A stretch of 64,000 bases of DNA, from positions 83,553-147,552 of the forward strand of contig NW_003314412.1 in the NCBI RefSeq assembly GCF_000143415.4, read 5' to 3'. The notes under the pieces were generated by a model. The model saw only the letters and a program-made list of their open reading frames with translations. It did no database searches and was not told the origin of the DNA. The DNA comes from Selaginella moellendorffii (taxonomy: Eukaryota; Plantae; Lycopodiophyta). Within the stretch, counting starts at the first letter, position 1, and each line of letters begins with the position of its first letter. Below are positions 11,700 to 22,390 of the stretch, in pieces. A program made the position numbers and the translations under genes.

Positions 11700-12390
11700 A
11701 GAAAGTCTATATACCATCAAGACGCTTGAAATGGTGGCTAGCAAGACATAGCTTGCTCCGCCAAGTTTTCCTCCCAAGCCCTTGATCCTAGCAAGCTTAT
11801 CCAGTCGACTTCGTCTGGAATAAATGGGGCACTGGAGACGAGCTCTCGAGCATCCCTGATTCTCCCAGCTCGGCAGAACAATCCTGGCATGCATCCATAC
11901 TTCTGCTTGCTCGGGATCATCTCGAAATCCAGACAGAGCGATTGAATCCCACAGGAACATCACCAACACGCTAGAACACTTGTGAAAGTTGCATCGTTGG
12001 GCTTAACACCGTCAACTTGCATGGATTTTAATACTTCTAGGTTCTTAGAATGTTTTCTGTTGCTAGAATACATTGCAAGAAGAGCCGTCCATGAAACTGG
12101 GCCTCGTTCTGGCATCCTGTCAAAGAGGAGTATAGCTTTGGTAAGATTTCCTCTCTGAGAGTAACCCGAAAACATCGCAGACAAAGTTCTTCTCTCGCAT
12201 TGATTTAAAAACCCACTCCACCTCTCTGTAACTTGGGAATATATCGAGAGCATCGCATTCCATAACACGAGGCTCTTTTCCTCCATCTTGTCAAAGAGAT
12301 GTTGTGATTCTTCCAGATACCCTATTTGGGCATATACAAGAAGAGTCTTCCAGATAGCTGGTATTCCACGTACCAGGTTTCCCAATTTGC
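11700..12390 (-). pseudogene. PLS/E-class PPR gene fragment
   Basis: FDKMEEKSLVLWNAML, FDRMPERGPVSWTALL, GVKPNDATFTSVL, then frameshifted E-region motifs (HYGCM-like, RAGRIRDA, FIPDEVDWISLL). Confidence 0.8.
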
Positions 12391-12523
12391 TGGCTCTGGG
12401 GTTCGAGCCTCAGTACAATCCAAGCTAACTGTTTTCTAACAAATCGGAAGATGGACGTCAAAGAAAAGAGGGCTCTTTATTTGATTCTCTTTCTCAAGAG
12501 CCCTAATTTACAAGATCACACTT

Positions 12524-12970
12524 CTACTCTACTTGGATAGTTCTCGGCTGTGGCTTGGGGATCTTTGGAACTGTGACGGCAAGGACGCCGTTCTCCACTT
12601 GGGCTTTGATCGCATCCACATTGGCGCTCTCGGGCAGCCGGAATTTCCTCAGGAAGCTCCCATAGCTGCGCTCCACGCGGTGCCACTTATCGCTCTTCTG
12701 TGCCTCGTGCTTCTTCCTCTCGCCACTGATCTGGAGAGTGCGGCCATCCTCCACGCTGATCTTTACCTCCTCCTTGGTCAGCCCCGGGAGATCGGCCTTG
12801 AAGACGTGCGCTTCGGGCGTCTCGAGCCAATCCACGCGAGTGTTGGCGACGGCGCTCGCATCCCTGGCCATCTGCTTCGAGGGCTCGTGACCACCAGCCA
12901 AGATCGACGAGAGCTCCTCGAAGGGATCGAAGATGCTGCTGCCATTGCCACCATAGAAGTGCAAAGCCAT
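12524..12970 (-). CDS. Cytosolic class I small heat-shock protein, copy 3
   Basis: 148 aa, near-identical to copy 2. Confidence 0.95.
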   Translation of the reverse strand: MALHFYGGNGSSIFDPFEELSSILAGGHEPSKQMARDASAVANTRVDWLETPEAHVFKADLPGLTKEEVKISVEDGRTLQISGERKKHEAQKSDKWHRVERSYGSFLRKFRLPESANVDAIKAQVENGVLAVTVPKIPKPQPRTIQVE

Positions 12971-13044
12971 GTCTGGAACTTAGAAGACGAAGAAGAGATT
13001 TGTGACTTGCTATTGATCGATGCTGGGCTAAGAGATTGCTCCAC

Positions 13045-13139
13045 TTTTATATAGAGCCATGGACAACTCTAGCGTGTTCCAATACATTCTAGAATATTCT
13101 AGAATATTCTAGAATAGTGATATTCCAGAAGATTCTAGA
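13045..13139 (-). promoter_or_regulatory. TATA box plus expanded HSE array of sHSP copy 3
   Basis: TATATAAAA at 13045-13053; (TTCTAGAATA)x3 at 13087-13116, equal to six perfect alternating nGAAn units; a second HSE TTCcaGAAgaTTC follows. Confidence 0.88.
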
Positions 13140-13173
13140 TCAATTAACCATAAAAATTAACAACAGTGTCTTT

Positions 13174-13247
13174 TGTCTGAGCCCGGTTTCGAACCGGGGA
13201 CCTCTAGTGTGTGAGACTAGCGTGATGACCAACTACACCACCCAGAC
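13174..13247 (-). tRNA. tRNA-Val(CAC)
   Basis: GTCTGGGTGGTGTAGTTGGTCATCACGCTAGTCT-CAC-ACACTAGAGGTCCCCGGTTCGAAACCGGGCTCAGACA folds as a cloverleaf with A and B boxes; T5 Pol III terminator at 13156-13152. Confidence 0.95.
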
Positions 13248-13792
13248 TTATTTGTTTATTTCGCTTATATTTTCATCGGTTTAATTATACCTTGATAATT
13301 TTACTGGAAACAAATAATTTTGCTTCAATATTACAGAAGATTACAAAGCACACTATGAAATATCACAGCACCCGGCAAAAAAAATTAGCGAAAGTGGATC
13401 CAATTTTGTTGGAAAGAATCGACGTCGTCAAAGAGGCTGTGTGCTCCAATTCTAGGCTGTGAGGAGATTTCGTGCTTCTTGGTTCCATGGCTTGCTTCTG
13501 TCAAAGCCAGGCTTGGCTTGGCTGGCTTTGTAACTCTATAGAGATATAAAGAGAGCCAATGTTACCTATCGTTGGATTTTTATTGGCACAGCAAACGCAG
13601 CTTCCCAAAGTGTCGTTGCAAATGGAACTCTGTAAAGCTTCTCGCAGTCTTGTCTGGAGAAACAAGAGTTTTGACTTGGAAGGAAGCCTCCTGAAGAAGC
13701 ATCAAAGAACTTAGTCCCGGCGACGAGGAGAACTTGAAAATCAGCATTGCCGAACCTGAGCCTCTTGGGAGGTTTTCTCTCTTCGTTTGCTG

Positions 13793-15948
13793 CTATGAAG
13801 CCATTGGCGGTGTTTGTGGTTCGCCTTCGATTCCAAACTCGGCAGCCTGGAGCTGGACTTCGTCCCACATAGCTGTCGAAGCTGCTAGTCATTAAGGAAA
13901 ACAAAAATCCTCTAAGATCACCGCCGCTGCAAGCAATGAATGATCGTGAGAAAAGAAATAAAAACGAAGGGGATGGATACGATCGGTCCTCCACATATCG
14001 GTGATACTGACACCAGCATCCGATAAAAGCCAATAATCAGCATCCGTCTGTTGCATCACACCGTCAGCTCAGCTACGTGTTGGATAAGGTTTAAATGTTA
14101 GCAGCACTTACATCGACTTCAGCTGGCAAAATCTTCATGATGCCGTTTCCATAGTCGGGCATACTTGATGATTCCGCACCAGCGAAGTGTGATGGAGGCG
14201 GCCTTGTAACTACATGCTCTACATTCTCAATGACAGCAATGGTGTTCTCTTCCACGGTACGGGACGGGCCCGTGAGTTCTAACGTATTCGTTTCTTCGAA
14301 TTTTTCCTCGAATCGGCTGCGGAGGATTGCGAACCTTAAGACCAGGAAAAGAGATAAAATCATAATAATACGCACCTCACAAGATATACATCTATGGGTC
14401 CCATCGTGCTGCGCAACAATATCTGGTATCGTCTCTGCGGGTACTCAACGGCCTGCATATTACAATTAGTTTAGTAAGACCATCCAGATGAAAGATTTCT
14501 TAAAAATGCTGAGCTGACCTCGTCCGGATCAGGAACTTCTAGAGTAGTTCCATGGGGAGCTTTGATCGCAATCAAGGTTTCATTCTGCCAGCCAGAGCAA
14601 GCGTTAAAACTAATATATCAGGCTTAGAAAGGACCGAGCAACGCTTACTTACACGAAAGCAAGGTAAACTTTTAATGTCGTCCTCGGTCACGTACAACCA
14701 TCTTCGGTAGAAGTATGAAGTCAAGAAAATTCTGAGGGGTGCGGGAAAGATAACTGATAAAAAAGGATACTGTTTATTGTTTTCATCTTCACTCAACATT
14801 TTCAGCTTTTCCCGCATCTCCCTGATTGGAAAAATGAAAAAGTGCGTCATGTTAGAATAGAAGTACAAACCTTATACTTTCGTCTAGGTCCCGTTCCTCG
14901 ACATGTAGTTCGTCCACTTCGGACTGTTTCGAAGATAACGAAAACCGGGGTGTGAATAAAACCAGTAAAAGGATGACAATTCTACCTTGAACGCTGTCAT
15001 GTCAGGTGATATATCCATAGGAGTTGTGAAACCAAGTCCTCTGTTAAAAACTCCGATTGTGAAACCGTATCATCGATGCTATGCTATGCTCAAGTGACTC
15101 ACTTCCATCTTATTCTGTTTTTCAACTTCTTTTCTATTAAGCCAATTCCTTCCAACACATTGGTGATGTCATAGATCCTTCGCTTTTGCACCTGAAAGGC
15201 AGAAGAAAGCCTCTCTGAAGCAGCTTGCGAAAGAGACAGACACTGAATGCAGCATGCACTTACTTTCAATGTCTCTGCAGCTTTGTTAAGATCAAGGACA
15301 CCATCCTCAGCTTGCTTAAGTAAGTCAATAAACTTCTTCGTCAAAAGACCTGCACAGGAAGAAAACACAGGTCGCTAGAAAAAGCTAGAATCCAAAAACA
15401 CAGCTTGAGAAAGTATACCCAAGGAACTGTCATAGCGGCATGTACTGACTGGTGTTGGCACGCTAGCAGCGGGTGATCCTGCAAAGAACTTGTAAGTTCG
15501 CAAACAAGACTTAAAAAAATGGCACTCGAACTTACCACCTACACTACCGGGAGTTTGAGGGCCACTTTTGGTGGCATTTTTCACGAACTTTGGACGGCTA
15601 ACACGCTTGGAACCTGGGCCGCACCCAGGAGTAACAACAGGAGACGAGTGTAAAGAGTCCTCCTGTCACAAGAGAATGATTTTTACGAATTGAGTAACGG
15701 ATCACTCATTCCACTCAAGAAGAAAAACTTACCGAGAACTTGGACATCTCCGATCTTTCGCCAAGAAAGCTCTCCCCTTCACCGCCAAAGTGGTGCTCCC
15801 CGGCAAACGAGAATGGCGGGCGCTGGAAAACCATACTAGATTTGTGCTGCTGGAAATCGGGGGGCGCCGCTAGCCCAGACCCATTTCTCTTGAGCTGCGG
15901 AGGCGTCTTACCAGAATGTAGGCCGTTGTCGCGGTAGATCTCCACCAT
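13793..15948 (-). CDS. E2F: E2F transcription factor (E2FA/B-like, multi-exon)
   Basis: RYDSSLGLLTKKF...[44 protein letters not shown]-binding domain; [15 protein letters not shown] and [17 protein letters not shown] dimerisation/marked box; C-terminal [21 protein letters not shown]-binding motif. Exons were joined by eye. Confidence 0.93.
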
Positions 15949-16685
15949 GCCGCCTACTCGCCACGCATCTTTCCCGCTGCCCCAGCCCTCGAATTCGCGT
16001 CGCCCTAAAATTTCCCCTCGACCGGAGAAGAAAGAGGAGCTCTCCCACCGAAAAAACCCAAGACTACACAACACACACACCCACGCCGCTAGCTAGGGTT
16101 CCGTCACTTTCACACGCTGGCAAACTCTGCCGGGTGACGTCGCTTGTTAGGGTTCCGTCAGCGGCAGAAAAGCGCGCGGGCGATAGACAAAATGAATTTC
16201 TTTGAAATTGGAGGGCGCGAAATGTGCCTGCCACGTCCCCCCGACAGTGACGTGGACATTGCGTGGAGGACACGTTGCAGTGACCGGGCACGCCCATGCT
16301 AGGGACGACGAGCTCGTCGCTTTCTCCCTCCATTTTAAATCCATCATACTGTGCGCCGCGGCAGGCGTCGCATCTTCTAGGGTTTGTGCCGGGGATCGTT
16401 TGCGCCGATCTTCACGAAGAGGCGCGGCTCGATCGATCGGATGGCCGCCTCCGCGTTGGCAATCCCCCGGCGCGCCCCAGCAACAGTGAATCTCTCCGGA
16501 GGGTTTTGTGGGGTGATCCAGGCTGGAGAGCGCTCGCAATGCGACAAGCGATCGTCCACCTTTGTCTCCATGTTTATTATCATCCACGCGTGATCGCTTT
16601 TCCCAGTGGAGCTTTCAAGGTTTGCCACCGCCTGCGCTTTCACTCCCACGCCCTTGGATCGCGATTCTTTCTCCTCTCCTCGCGT

Positions 16686-19264
16686 ATGAAATGCGGGAGA
16701 AGGACGAGGCAGGAAAGAATGGGATCATCATCCAGGCGATCCCGGAGAAGAAGAGACCCCGTCGCGTTGGTTTGCTCCATTTTCTTCTCCTGGGTGTTTG
16801 CTGCGAGCTCGAGCTGTGTTCCTGGAGCTGGATGTCCGCGAGCTCTCCTGGTTTTTAATATCTCTGCGGTGGATCCAAGCTCGCTACAGGTGATCTACGA
16901 CAGGTTTTCTACAAGCTCCCAGCTCGTTTCTCAGTACAACCAACTTGGTAGCGGCAACAACTCAGCACAGATTTTCATTCCTTTCGACTGCCAATGCGTG
17001 AGAAAGGTTCTCCAGCACAACTTCCCATATGAGATCGCCCCCGACGACACTACTCTCTTCATCATCGCGAAAGAAAAGTTCCAAGGCTTAACGAGGGATG
17101 ACTGGATTGCCGAGGCCACGCCATTGAAGGACAAGAACACCATCTTCGCGGGATTAAACGTCAAGGTTCCCGTCAACTGCTCGTGTGGAAATCCAGACGT
17201 GGATCGTAGCTATGGACTTTTTGCTACGTATGTAGTACAGCCGGGTGATACGCTCTCGACCATCTCTGCCAGGTTTAAGGTTCCGGACCAGCAACTTCTC
17301 CAGCGGTTTAATCCACATATCGACTTCCAGAGGCTTATAGCTCAGAGCATTGTCTTCGTTCCGGCCAAAGGTTAGCATTTCTTTTTATTTTGTTTTTGCT
17401 TACATTTCCTCGATCTTTTGTCGTTGCTTCTTCTTCGTCTATGTTTTAGATTCGAATGGTTTATATCCACCTTACAGCAGGTGAAGCTCGCTTTTAAACT
17501 TATGTGTCGCATGTCCTAACTATTGGTTTTGCAGCGATGACGGTGAGCATGCTTTTTTTCTTCTTTCTTATCAAGGTGGAACAACGCCGATGATTATGCA
17601 CAAAATTCAGATGGTCACGGTGGAGTCCGGAGGTCTACCATCATTGGTGCGTCCGTTGGATCGATTCTGGCTGTGCTTCTTGCTGCTGCCGCGGGAATGG
17701 TATTCTTCCTGTGGAAAAGAAAACATCTCCAGCAAGACGAGAAAAACGATCGTCTTCCTTCGCCAGTAGCCAGCAGCACAGTGTCGGCATTGCGAAAAGC
17801 ATCAGGTTTGGTATTTACTTGATTATCAGCACACACACACAAATCTATGGTGCTGCTACGCAGGAACTCCAACGCCTTCAGGAGTGCTGCGATCAAACAT
17901 ATCCTCGACGACTAGCGTTCGATCTGCAATCTCGGATATTGCTCTGGAAAAGTCCATTGAGTTTTCACTTCATGAACTTGTAGCGGCTACCAATAACTTC
18001 AACGAAACAAACAAGATTGGACAAGGTGGATACGGTTCTGTTTACTACGGCTATTTTCGAGATCAGGTGCGATGGTTTCTTACAATCTACAACCTGTTTC
18101 TTTCTTTCTTCTGTAAGCAGAAGCTGGCTGTGAAACGGATGAATATGCAAGCTACCAAGGAGTTTTTATCCGAGCTTAAAATCTTGAGCCGCGTTCATCA
18201 CTCGAACTTGGTATTTTCACAGGCTTTGTATTTTCAGCTTACTCCAACTATCATTTTTCTGCTACAGGTCCAGCTGATAGGATACTGTACAGTTGAGTCT
18301 TTGTTTTTAGTTTACGAATTTGTTGATAATGGAACTTTAGCGCAACACTTGCACTCCGCAAGTAAGTAGTTCTGCCATTGGTATCTTTATATAATTCTCT
18401 GCTTGAGCAGCCCGACCACCACTTAGCTGGTCTTCCAGGATCCAGATAGCAATGGACGCCGCAAGAGGGCTGGAGTACATACACGAGCACACAAAGCCAA
18501 CATATATTCACCGAGACATTAAATCCACCAACATTCTCATCGATAAAAATCTTCATGCCAAGGTACTGTATGTACAAGATGCTATGCAAGACTTCAAGAG
18601 CTCCTTTTGGTAACAGGTTGCTGATTTCGGTCTCAGCAAGCTAACAGAGACCGGCATGACAAGCATATCACTCACACAACCCACGCGTTTGGTTGGAACA
18701 TTTGGCTACATGTCTCCAGAGTAAGTTCTCCTGTTCGTGCTTAGAACTACTAATTCACGAAGGTCGTTTTTAGATATGCACGATATGGGGATGTCTCGCC
18801 ATTCCTTGATGTTTACTCGTTTGGCGTAGTCCTGTTTGAGATCATATCCGCTCAAGAGGCTATAGTAAGAACGCAGAGTGGCATTCTTTCGAATAAGGAT
18901 GAACAGAAGGGGCTTGCCACACTGGTTAGTTCTTTTGCTACAAAGCACAGGATACTTTCTAGCTGCTAACTTCTTCTCTATGGCGATTTGCAGTTTGAGG
19001 ACGTGCTGCAAGATGATACAAACGGAAAAGAGAGGCTTCGAGACTTGATGGATCCTCGGCTGGGTGACAATTACCCACTAGAGGCTGCTTGGAGTGTAAG
19101 AAATTTGTTTCCTTTAGTGGTCATCAGCACAATGGCTTGTTTCTTTGCAGCTCGCGAAATTAGCAGGAGCGTGTACCAAAGAGAACCCCGAGTTGAGGCC
19201 CAACATGAGAACAGTGGTGGTGGCGCTTATGACACTCGTGCACAACACAGCTAGTAACTCTTAA
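16686..19264 (+). CDS. LysM receptor-like kinase (CERK1/LYK type), multi-exon
   Basis: Signal-like hydrophobic segment; ectodomain with CxC spacers (DCQC, NCSC) and Lys[17 protein letters not shown]; TM helix; intact kinase motifs [36 protein letters not shown]. The start is 16686 or 16719. Confidence 0.92.
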
Positions 19265-19347
19265 ATCCTCTAAAGGTAAAAACACTTATCTGTAGATACT
19301 AAAAACCTTTACAGAAATAAATCGAAGCTTTGCTGGAAATGCGAGAA

Positions 19348-20841
19348 CTACACAGAGTAAACGTTGGCAAGCAATGCATAGCCACAGCTATCTCTCACAC
19401 TCTCACGAATCACAAGCTTCGCAGCTAGAGCACCTTGCTCGACGTTCCTGTGGCTTCTACAAGCAGCCAGGAAGCAAGTCATGCTGAGAAGCCTGGGAAC
19501 AAAAGGCATGCTTGTGACGAGATCTCTCGCGTCGAGCAAAAACCCAGCACGGCCCAGAAGATCTACGAGGCAGCAGTAGTGCTGCTCGCAAGGAGCGATT
19601 CCAAAGTCCAAGCTCATCGACACAAACAAGCCACGGGCGAGCTCCAATTTGCCTCCATGGCTGCAACAGATGAGAACCGACGTGAAGCACGCCACGTCCG
19701 GCGAGTGAAACATCTCCATTGCGTGAAAGATTCGCAGTGCCTCCATGGAATATGCCCTTCGTCGTGTGCATGCGGCGAGCCTCGAGCTCCACGAGATGAG
19801 ATTCTGCTCGGGCATTGCCTGGAAAAGAGACACCGTTTGCGAATATGCCCCACTCTTGGCATTTGCTGCAAGGAATGTGTTCCAAGAGGCAGTGTTTCTC
19901 ACCGGCATTTTCCAGAAGAAATAAGAGGTGTAATCAAGTTGGCGGTGATCAGCATACGTCGCAAGAATTGCGTTCCAAGCGATCTGATCGTACTGTGGCA
20001 TTCTAGTAAAGATTCTTTGAGATTCTTCAATATGCCCGTTCTGGGCATACAGTGCTAGGATCGTAGTCCATGAAACCAGATCGCTTGCTGGCATTTGATC
20101 AAAGAGTGCTCTAGCCTGATCGATTTCTCCTGCGGCAGAAAAGCTAGTGAGCATCGTATTGAGAGTGACGAGATCAATAACAGGCATGGATCTGAAGATC
20201 TCTTGGGCATTTCGTAGATGCAATCCCGCTGAATATGCGGAGATCATGGCATTATGTGCAAAGATGTTTCTCTCTGGAAGAGTCGCAAACAGGGACTTTG
20301 CCTTTTCAATCTCTCCATTTTCTGTGAGAGCTGCAAGAACAATCGTGCACGAGACGAGGTCGTGCTCTGGCATTTCCACAAAGAAGAAGTGGGAACATTC
20401 CTCTAGATGCCGATTCTGGAATAATGCCGAGAGCATTGCGTTCCAGGCGATCAAGTCACGTAGCGGCAAGCGCTCAAACACAGCGGCAGCCTGCACCAGC
20501 AGGCCATTCCGGGAATATGCCTTGAGCATGGCGGTCCATGCCACAAGATTTGAATCTGGGTTGTCCTTGAGCATCTTTCGTGCCTCTACTAGATGCCCGG
20601 CTTTGGCAAGTGCGGTCAGCATTACAGCCCATGAAACTGTGTTTACATAAGGCATGCTATTAAATACTTGAGATGCTTTGTGTAGATTTCCATTCTGAGC
20701 ATATGCCGTGAGCAAAGCATTCCATGCTGCAATGTCTTTATTGGGCATTTTATTGAAGATTTTCTGGGCATCTTCAAGTTGACCATTTCTGGAATAAGTA
20801 CATAAAGTTTCCATGTAAGAGATTGATTTGCTGAGGTACAT
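19348..20841 (-). CDS. PPR protein, E-class, mostly an array of 31-aa S/SS-type motifs
   Basis: About a dozen tandem MP.D.VSW..ML.AY..NG repeats, then CSHGG, HYCCLVDLLGRAG and E motifs ending YALLANVY. No DYW domain. The N-terminus may be truncated. Confidence 0.85.
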   Translation of the reverse strand: MYLSKSISYMETLCTYSRNGQLEDAQKIFNKMPNKDIAAWNALLTAYAQNGNLHKASQVFNSMPYVNTVSWAVMLTALAKAGHLVEARKMLKDNPDSNLVAWTAMLKAYSRNGLLVQAAAVFERLPLRDLIAWNAMLSALFQNRHLEECSHFFFVEMPEHDLVSCTIVLAALTENGEIEKAKSLFATLPERNIFAHNAMISAYSAGLHLRNAQEIFRSMPVIDLVTLNTMLTSFSAAGEIDQARALFDQMPASDLVSWTTILALYAQNGHIEESQRIFTRMPQYDQIAWNAILATYADHRQLDYTSYFFWKMPVRNTASWNTFLAANAKSGAYSQTVSLFQAMPEQNLISWSSRLAACTRRRAYSMEALRIFHAMEMFHSPDVACFTSVLICCSHGGKLELARGLFVSMSLDFGIAPCEQHYCCLVDLLGRAGFLLDARDLVTSMPFVPRLLSMTCFLAACRSHRNVEQGALAAKLVIRESVRDSCGYALLANVYSV

Positions 20842-21128
20842 ATTATTGAATGTAGATTATTTTACCAAAGACATATTTGGGAGTATTTTAACTAGGTTGA
20901 CCAAGGACACATGAGGATGTTAGGTATGGATAGCAGACATAAGAAACAAAGTCTTATGCTTTTCAGTTCAAATGTATTAAGACCAATAATTGTAATATTA
21001 ATATTGTTATAGCTTCATAGCTAGACCTATGTTCAAGGGTAAAAGTTAAAATGTAAATTACCACATTTAGTTTTGAACCCAATATAAATTACAAATGCTA
21101 ACCACAAGATTCAAGATTAGGTTGGGTG

Positions 21129-21535
21129 AAGATTGATGAGAGCTCCTCAAGTGATCTAAGATGCTATTTCATGTTTAAAATTATCACTTTTGTTTCATAG
21201 CAAAAATTACTTTGCTAAATCCATAAGGTGTTCAACCTTAGTAAGTTTTACTGACATTTGCACTATTAATGGCCTAATTTTGTGACCTTCCCATAAGTTT
21301 TTGTTCTCATGAATATTTTAGAATAGTAAATAGATTTAAGAAGATTTTAGATCAATATAAACTTTTTAATTTGAACATTTTCAACTATAGGCACTATTTA
21401 TGATATATGTCTTTGTTCCCATGAATATTCTAGAATAATAAATAGATTTAGCCAAATTTTGTGACCCTCTAATAGGTCTTTGTTCCCATGAATATTTTAG
21501 AATAATAAATAGATTCAAGAAGATTCTAGATCAAT
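21129..21535 (-). pseudogene. Relic of a fourth sHSP copy (5' coding fragment and triplicated HSE promoter)
   Basis: 21129-21165 matches sHSP3 12900-12937 at 33/38 positions. 21311-21356, 21423-21450 and 21490-21535 resemble the sHSP3 promoter (GAATATTCTAGAATA...AGAAGATTCTAGATCAAT). Confidence 0.65.
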
Positions 21536-22138
21536 GTAAGTTCTGAATTTAGACTTTTTAGAAGGTAATCCAACCAGTACTATTCAAACCCAAGGACATT
21601 TAATTATAAATATCATAAAACCATTAGCTGATTGAAAAAAGAGGTGCATTTTTATTTATGGGGTTTTTCCTTTTACATTTATATTTTTATACTTATATTT
21701 CAAGTTTGTTTACAATTTAATATGCTTCCTTACAAATTCACTCCTTTTTGAATGAAATTTGAGAGCTATATTTCTATTTTAACACTCTATTTCTTCAGTT
21801 AATTTGAAGCACTAAATATCAATTTTAATATGTGGTGTAAAACTAAATATAAACTATTGAATTTAGACTTTTCAGGAGCTCACCACACCCAGAATTATTT
21901 AAACCAAAAAACACTTAACCCTAAGTTTTGCAAAGCTCTTAATTGATCATCTTTTAAGTCATTCTTTTTGGTTATTTATAATCAACTTATAAAACATGGC
22001 TAACTATTAATTAATTATACAGATAACACAATAATAGTTTCTACTAGGATCAATTCTCAATATTATTCTAGAATTGATAGCAAATACCCCAAGATGATTG
22101 TTGTTTAGCATCTTTTGTGTCTATAAAAGATATGAGGC

Positions 22139-22390
22139 TTTAGCAAGTGTAATGTGAATTACAACCCATAAATCTACATTCACATAAAGCATGCTGTCAA
22201 ATATTTGAGATGCTTTTTGAAGATGTCTATTATAAGTATATGTTGTAAAAAAAGCATAACATAGTGCAATATCTTTACTGGGAATTTTAATAAAGATTTT
22301 CTAAGTATTTTCAAGTTAATCATTTCTGAAAAAGGAACTGAACATTGTTTATTTTGTATTTTATTAATGTTGCTATGTAAGAGATAAATT
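22139..22390 (-). pseudogene. Decayed duplicate of the 5' part of PPR 19348-20841
   Basis: Colinear with 20601-20830 (e.g. CATAAAGCATGCTGTCAAATATTTGAGATGCTTT vs CATAAGGCATGCTATTAAATACTTGAGATGCTTT), with many C>T/G>A changes and stops. Confidence 0.65.

Noticed and set aside
13502-13530. 9-bp stem CAAAGCCAG/CTGGCTTTG downstream of E2F
   Set aside because: Too short for a miRNA precursor and built from a GGCTT microsatellite.
13566-14033. 155-aa ORF that could be read as an E2F C-terminal extension
   Set aside because: The spliced frame giving the conserved W...PQTPP tail stops at 13793; this ORF is in another frame and spans an intron.
21270-21540. Repeat-spacer-like pattern resembling a CRISPR array
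   Set aside because: Eukaryotic context, no cas genes, irregular units; the repeats are decayed HSE promoter copies.
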